A stretch of 64,000 nt of DNA from an uncultured Chloroflexia bacterium (GTDB lineage: Bacteria; Chloroflexota; Limnocylindria; Limnocylindrales; CSP1-4), in contig CAWFXA010000002.1 of assembly GCA_963819655.1 (NCBI GenBank), positions 736,001 through 800,000 of the forward strand, written 5' to 3'. Under the pieces are notes generated by a model. The model was not told the origin of the DNA, searched no databases, and worked only from the letters and a program-made list of their open reading frames with translations. The position numbers and the translations under genes are program-made. Within the stretch, counting starts at the first letter, position 1; every line of letters starts with the position of its first letter. This document shows, piece after piece, positions 60,580 through 64,000 of this stretch.

Positions 60580-61662
60580 ATGGACCTCCTCGCGCCTGGG
60601 CTCCTGGTCCTGCTTGCGGTCCTGCCCGTCCTCGTCGGCGTGCGGTTCTGGCTGCTCCGGCGCCGACGGCCGGGGATCCGCTACTCGAGCCTGTCGCTGG
60701 TGTCGGCCGCAGCGCCGCGCTCGTCGTGGCTCCGGCGCCACCTGCCCTTCGCCTTCTTCCTGGTGGCACTGGCGAGCCTCGTCGTGGCCATGGCGCGCCC
60801 GGTCCAGATCGTCCCGGTCCCTGCCGGGAGGACGACGGTGATCCTGGCGATGGACGTCTCACGGAGCATGTGCGCGACGGACATCCCGCCCAACCGCCTG
60901 CTGGCGGCCGAAGCGGCGGCGGCCTCGTTCATCGACCGTCAGGGCGCGACGACCCAGATCGGCATCGTCGCGTTCGCGGGCTTCGCCGAGATCGTCCAGG
61001 CGCCGACGACCGACCAGGAGGTGCTGCTCGACGTCGTCGAGAGCCTGACGACCGGTCGCCGGACCGCGGTCGGCAGCGCGATCCTCAAGTCACTCGACGC
61101 GATCGCCGAGACCGACGACAGCGTGGCGCCGATCCCGGACGCCGGATCCGCACAGGAGGACGCGCCGGCGCCGGTCCCCCGTGGCGCGTACGCGCCGGCG
61201 ATCATCGTGTTGCTGACCGACGGCGCGAGCAACGCCGGACCTGTGCCGGTCGAGGCCGCCCAGGCCGCCGCGGCGCGCGGCGTCCGCGTCTACACGATCG
61301 GCTTCGGCACGGCCAACCCGAACTCGGATCGGCCGCCGTGCGGGCTCCAGTTCATCGGGAACGAACCGAACCAGACGGGCATCGCGCCCGATCCAGGCCT
61401 CGGGGGAGGTGGTGGCGGCGGCGGTGGCGGCTTCCGGCGCGCCATCGACGAAGAGACCCTGATGGCCGTCGCGGAGGCGACGGGCGGCGAGTACTACCCG
61501 GCCGAGAGCGCCGACGAGCTGAACACCGTCTTCCAGAACCTCCCGACCAACCTGATCACGCGGCACGAGATCATGGAGATCAGCGTGATCTTCGTCGCAC
61601 TCGGTGCCCTGCTGGTCGCGCTGGCGATCCTGCTTGGTCAGGCGTGGCGTCCGCTGCCGTGA
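60580..61662 (+). CDS. vWA-domain membrane protein (BatA/B-like)
   Basis: MARP, DVSRSM MIDAS, LLTDG. Confidence 0.92.
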   Translation: MDLLAPGLLVLLAVLPVLVGVRFWLLRRRRPGIRYSSLSLVSAAAPRSSWLRRHLPFAFFLVALASLVVAMARPVQIVPVPAGRTTVILAMDVSRSMCATDIPPNRLLAAEAAAASFIDRQGATTQIGIVAFAGFAEIVQAPTTDQEVLLDVVESLTTGRRTAVGSAILKSLDAIAETDDSVAPIPDAGSAQEDAPAPVPRGAYAPAIIVLLTDGASNAGPVPVEAAQAAAARGVRVYTIGFGTANPNSDRPPCGLQFIGNEPNQTGIAPDPGLGGGGGGGGGGFRRAIDEETLMAVAEATGGEYYPAESADELNTVFQNLPTNLITRHEIMEISVIFVALGALLVALAILLGQAWRPLP

Positions 61663-61785
61663 GTCCCAACCGGCCTCGGATCTCGACAAGCTGGCCACGA
61701 ACCTGTCGATTCAGCCGGGAGCCGTTCGTCGCTAGGTCGTAAGGGCCGACCGGATGGGCGGCCGCCTAGTCGATGGAGGTGTCCC

Positions 61786-62124
61786 ATGGGGACGACAGTC
61801 GTTCATGTCGAAGTCACCGGCAAGGATGGAGAAGGGCTCCAGAAGTTCTACAAGGACGTGTTCGGGTGGAGCCTGGACACGAACAATCCGGGCGGCTACG
61901 GCATGTACCGCCAGGACGGCGGTCTCACCGGCGGCATCGGCGCATCGACCGACGGCAGTGCTGGTCACGTGACGTTCTACGTCCACACGGACGACCCGCA
62001 GGCGGTGCTCGACAAGGTCGCCGCAGGTGGGGGCCAGGTGATCATGCCGCTCACCGAGGTGGCGCCGGAGACCACGGTCGCCCTCTTCGCCGACCCCGAG
62101 GGGCACGTCGTCGGGATCATGTAG
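61786..62124 (+). CDS. VOC family protein
   Basis: VVHVEV...FYKDVFGW...FADPEGH. Confidence 0.9.
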   Translation: MGTTVVHVEVTGKDGEGLQKFYKDVFGWSLDTNNPGGYGMYRQDGGLTGGIGASTDGSAGHVTFYVHTDDPQAVLDKVAAGGGQVIMPLTEVAPETTVALFADPEGHVVGIM

Positions 62125-62149
62125 CGCTCCACGCCCCGTTCGATCAGGC

Positions 62150-62184
62150 AGAGGCCGGACCCGCACAAGGGTCCGGCCTCTTTC
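62150..62184 (+). terminator. Intrinsic terminator
   Basis: AGAGGCCGGACCC-GCACAA-GGGTCCGGCCTCT followed by a short T tract. Confidence 0.75.
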
Positions 62185-62211
62185 GCGCGATAATGCGGGC
62201 GAGCGATCCAG

Positions 62212-63619
62212 ATGCGTCCGTCAACGGCGCGCCGATACGCGGCCCGCCTTCGTCGATCGATCCTTTTCGCCGGGCTGGCCTGGTTGCTGGTCGGCGCCTT
62301 CCATCAGGCCGGCACGGACGTCCTAGCCGCGGACCCCACCTCGCCTCCGCGCGTCCATGTCCTGACCGCGACCGGCATCGTCGACAACGTCCTGGCCACC
62401 TACATCGAGCACGGGATCGCGCAAGCGTCGGCGGACGGTTCGGCGGCCGTGATCGTCACCTTGAATACGCCCGGCGGCAGCCTCGACGCGACCCAGCGGA
62501 TCGTGTCCGCGCTGCTCGAGGCGCCGCTGCCGACCATCGTGTGGGTCGCCCCGAGCGGCGGCCGAGCCGCCAGCGCCGGCACGTTCATCACGCTCGCGTC
62601 GCACCTGGCGTACATGGCGCCCGGCACGAACATCGGGGCGGCGTCGCCGGTCGGGGCGGGCGGGGAGGAACTGACCGGCACGATCGGCGACAAGGTCAAG
62701 AACGACGCGATCGCCAACATCCGGTCGATCGCGGAGGCGCGCCATCGGGACGTCGAATGGGCGGTCTCGACCGTTGACAAGGCGGTCTCGTCGACGGCGA
62801 GTGAAGCCGTGGCGGTCGGGGCGGTCGATGCGATCGCAACGTCCGTCGACGATGTCCTTCGCCAGGCCGATGGCCGCATCGTCGAAGTCCGCTCGCAGCC
62901 GGTCACGGTCGAGGTCACCGACGCGACCGTCACGGACCTCGCGATGAACCCGTTCCAGTCGATCATCCACCTGCTGTCCGACCCGAACATCGCCTTCATC
63001 CTCCTGACGCTCGGCTTCTACGGCCTGCTGTTCGAGCTGCAGAGCCCGAACTTCGTCACGGGCATCGTGGGTGCGATCGCCCTGATCCTGGCGTTCATCG
63101 GGTTCGGCAGCCTGCCGCTCAATGTCGCGGGGCTGATCCTGATCGGCCTCGCCGTGCTCCTCTTCGTGCTCGAGACGACGGTGACCAGCCACGGCCTGCT
63201 GACTGTCGGGGGGCTGGTCTGCTTCGTGCTGGGCGCCTTCACGCTGTACACGGCACCGGGCAGCCCTGTCGCTCCCGATGTGTCCGTGGCGACCCCGCTG
63301 ATCGTGGTCATGGCGGGCGTGACCGCAGCCTACGTGGGCATCGTGCTGGTCACCGTCGCACGGGTCCGCCGTCGCTCGTTCGTCTTCGCCGGTGAGTACG
63401 GCGCCGGCGGTTCGACGGCCGTCCCGGTCGGTACCGTGGGCGTTGCCAGGACAGACCTCGAGCCGCGCGGCGTGGTGTACGCCGCCGGCGAGGAGTGGAC
63501 GGCGCGGTCGAGCGACGGATCGGAGATCGCGAGAGGCGCGCCGGTGCGTGTCGTCCGTCAGGAGGACCTGACGCTCGTCGTCGAATTCGGGACCGGCAGG
63601 CGTGCCGGAAGGTGGATAG
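62212..63619 (+). CDS. nfeD: NfeD (ClpP-class membrane protease); natural stop displaced by a probable +1 indel at ~63590
   Basis: NTPGG, GRAASAG, APGTNIGAASPV, GEEWTA OB domain; absent from the ORF track because the frame runs open to the window end. Confidence 0.88.
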
Positions 63620-63628
63620 GAGGTTCGC

Positions 63629-64000
63629 ATGGAGCTAGCTGTCATCTTGCCGGCGGCATTCGTTCTCCTCGTCCTGGTGGTCGTCGCGATCGCCTCGATC
63701 AAGATCGTCAACCAATACGAGCGTCTGCTCGTGTTCACCCTCGGGCGGACGAGCCCGAACGAGGTGAAGGGCCCGGGCTGGGTGTTCATCGTGCCGATCG
63801 CCCAGCGCGGTGTTCGCGTCGACCTCCGGGAGCGCTTCATCGAGATCCCGAGCCAGACGAACATCACCAGGGACAACGCGCCGATCAGCATCGACTTCCT
63901 GATCTACTGGCGGATCGTCGATCCGTACAGGAGCATCGTCGAGGTCCAGAACTTCGAGGGCGCGCTCCAGAACATCGCGACCACGACGCTGCGCGCCGTC
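63629..64000 (+). CDS. SPFH/stomatin (slipin) protein, partial
   Basis: GGAGG RBS; SIKIVNQYERL, GPG, VDLRE, ITRDN; truncated by window end. Confidence 0.9.
   Translation, partial: MELAVILPAAFVLLVLVVVAIASIKIVNQYERLLVFTLGRTSPNEVKGPGWVFIVPIAQRGVRVDLRERFIEIPSQTNITRDNAPISIDFLIYWRIVDPYRSIVEVQNFEGALQNIATTTLRAV

Noticed and set aside
61402-61431. Poly-Gly GGC/GGT run in the vWA gene
   Set aside because: Ordinary low-complexity loop
1-64000. CRISPR array, cas genes, rRNA, IS transposases, retron/RT or defence genes
   Set aside because: No regularly spaced repeats or diagnostic motifs seen by eye
62212-64000. NfeD-SPFH fusion or readthrough
   Set aside because: SPFH is in a different frame with its own RBS; the open NfeD frame is explained by one extra G

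Overview
Very GC-rich bacterial chromosomal window, probably Actinomycetota-like or Chloroflexota (Limnocylindria-like); this assignment is inferred from gene families only. Left end (1-2753): edge of an integrative element (xis, Zn-finger hypothetical, tyrosine integrase, arm-type repeats) next to the 3' end of tRNA-Thr(CGT). About 2.9-24 kb: accessory detox/stress region with three ArsR modules carrying clear operators, a WYL regulator/epoxide hydrolase pair, a RibA-RibD fusion/Zn-dehydrogenase/PTPS/glycosyltransferase cluster, two atypical arginase-family genes, PadR, a Rieske ferredoxin with an in-frame hairpin insert, and many gene fragments. 24.8-36.2 kb: arginine deiminase operon with two transporters, converging on a P-type ATPase/Ppx/Adk unit. 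38.3-44.2 kb: compact cytochrome bcc plus heme-copper oxidase operon with no subunit III gene. 44-64 kb: proteases, oxidoreductases, a split TetR regulon, GGDEF, CorA, a MoxR/DUF58/vWA operon and NfeD-SPFH. Best candidates for something undescribed: the GTP-derived pterin/ribityl-pyrimidine glycoside cluster (with a reconstructable inversion of its glycosyltransferase) and the in-frame palindromic insertion in the Rieske gene. Several 1-nt frameshifts at G/C runs may be sequencing errors. All functional calls come from motif recognition by eye; no database searches were run.
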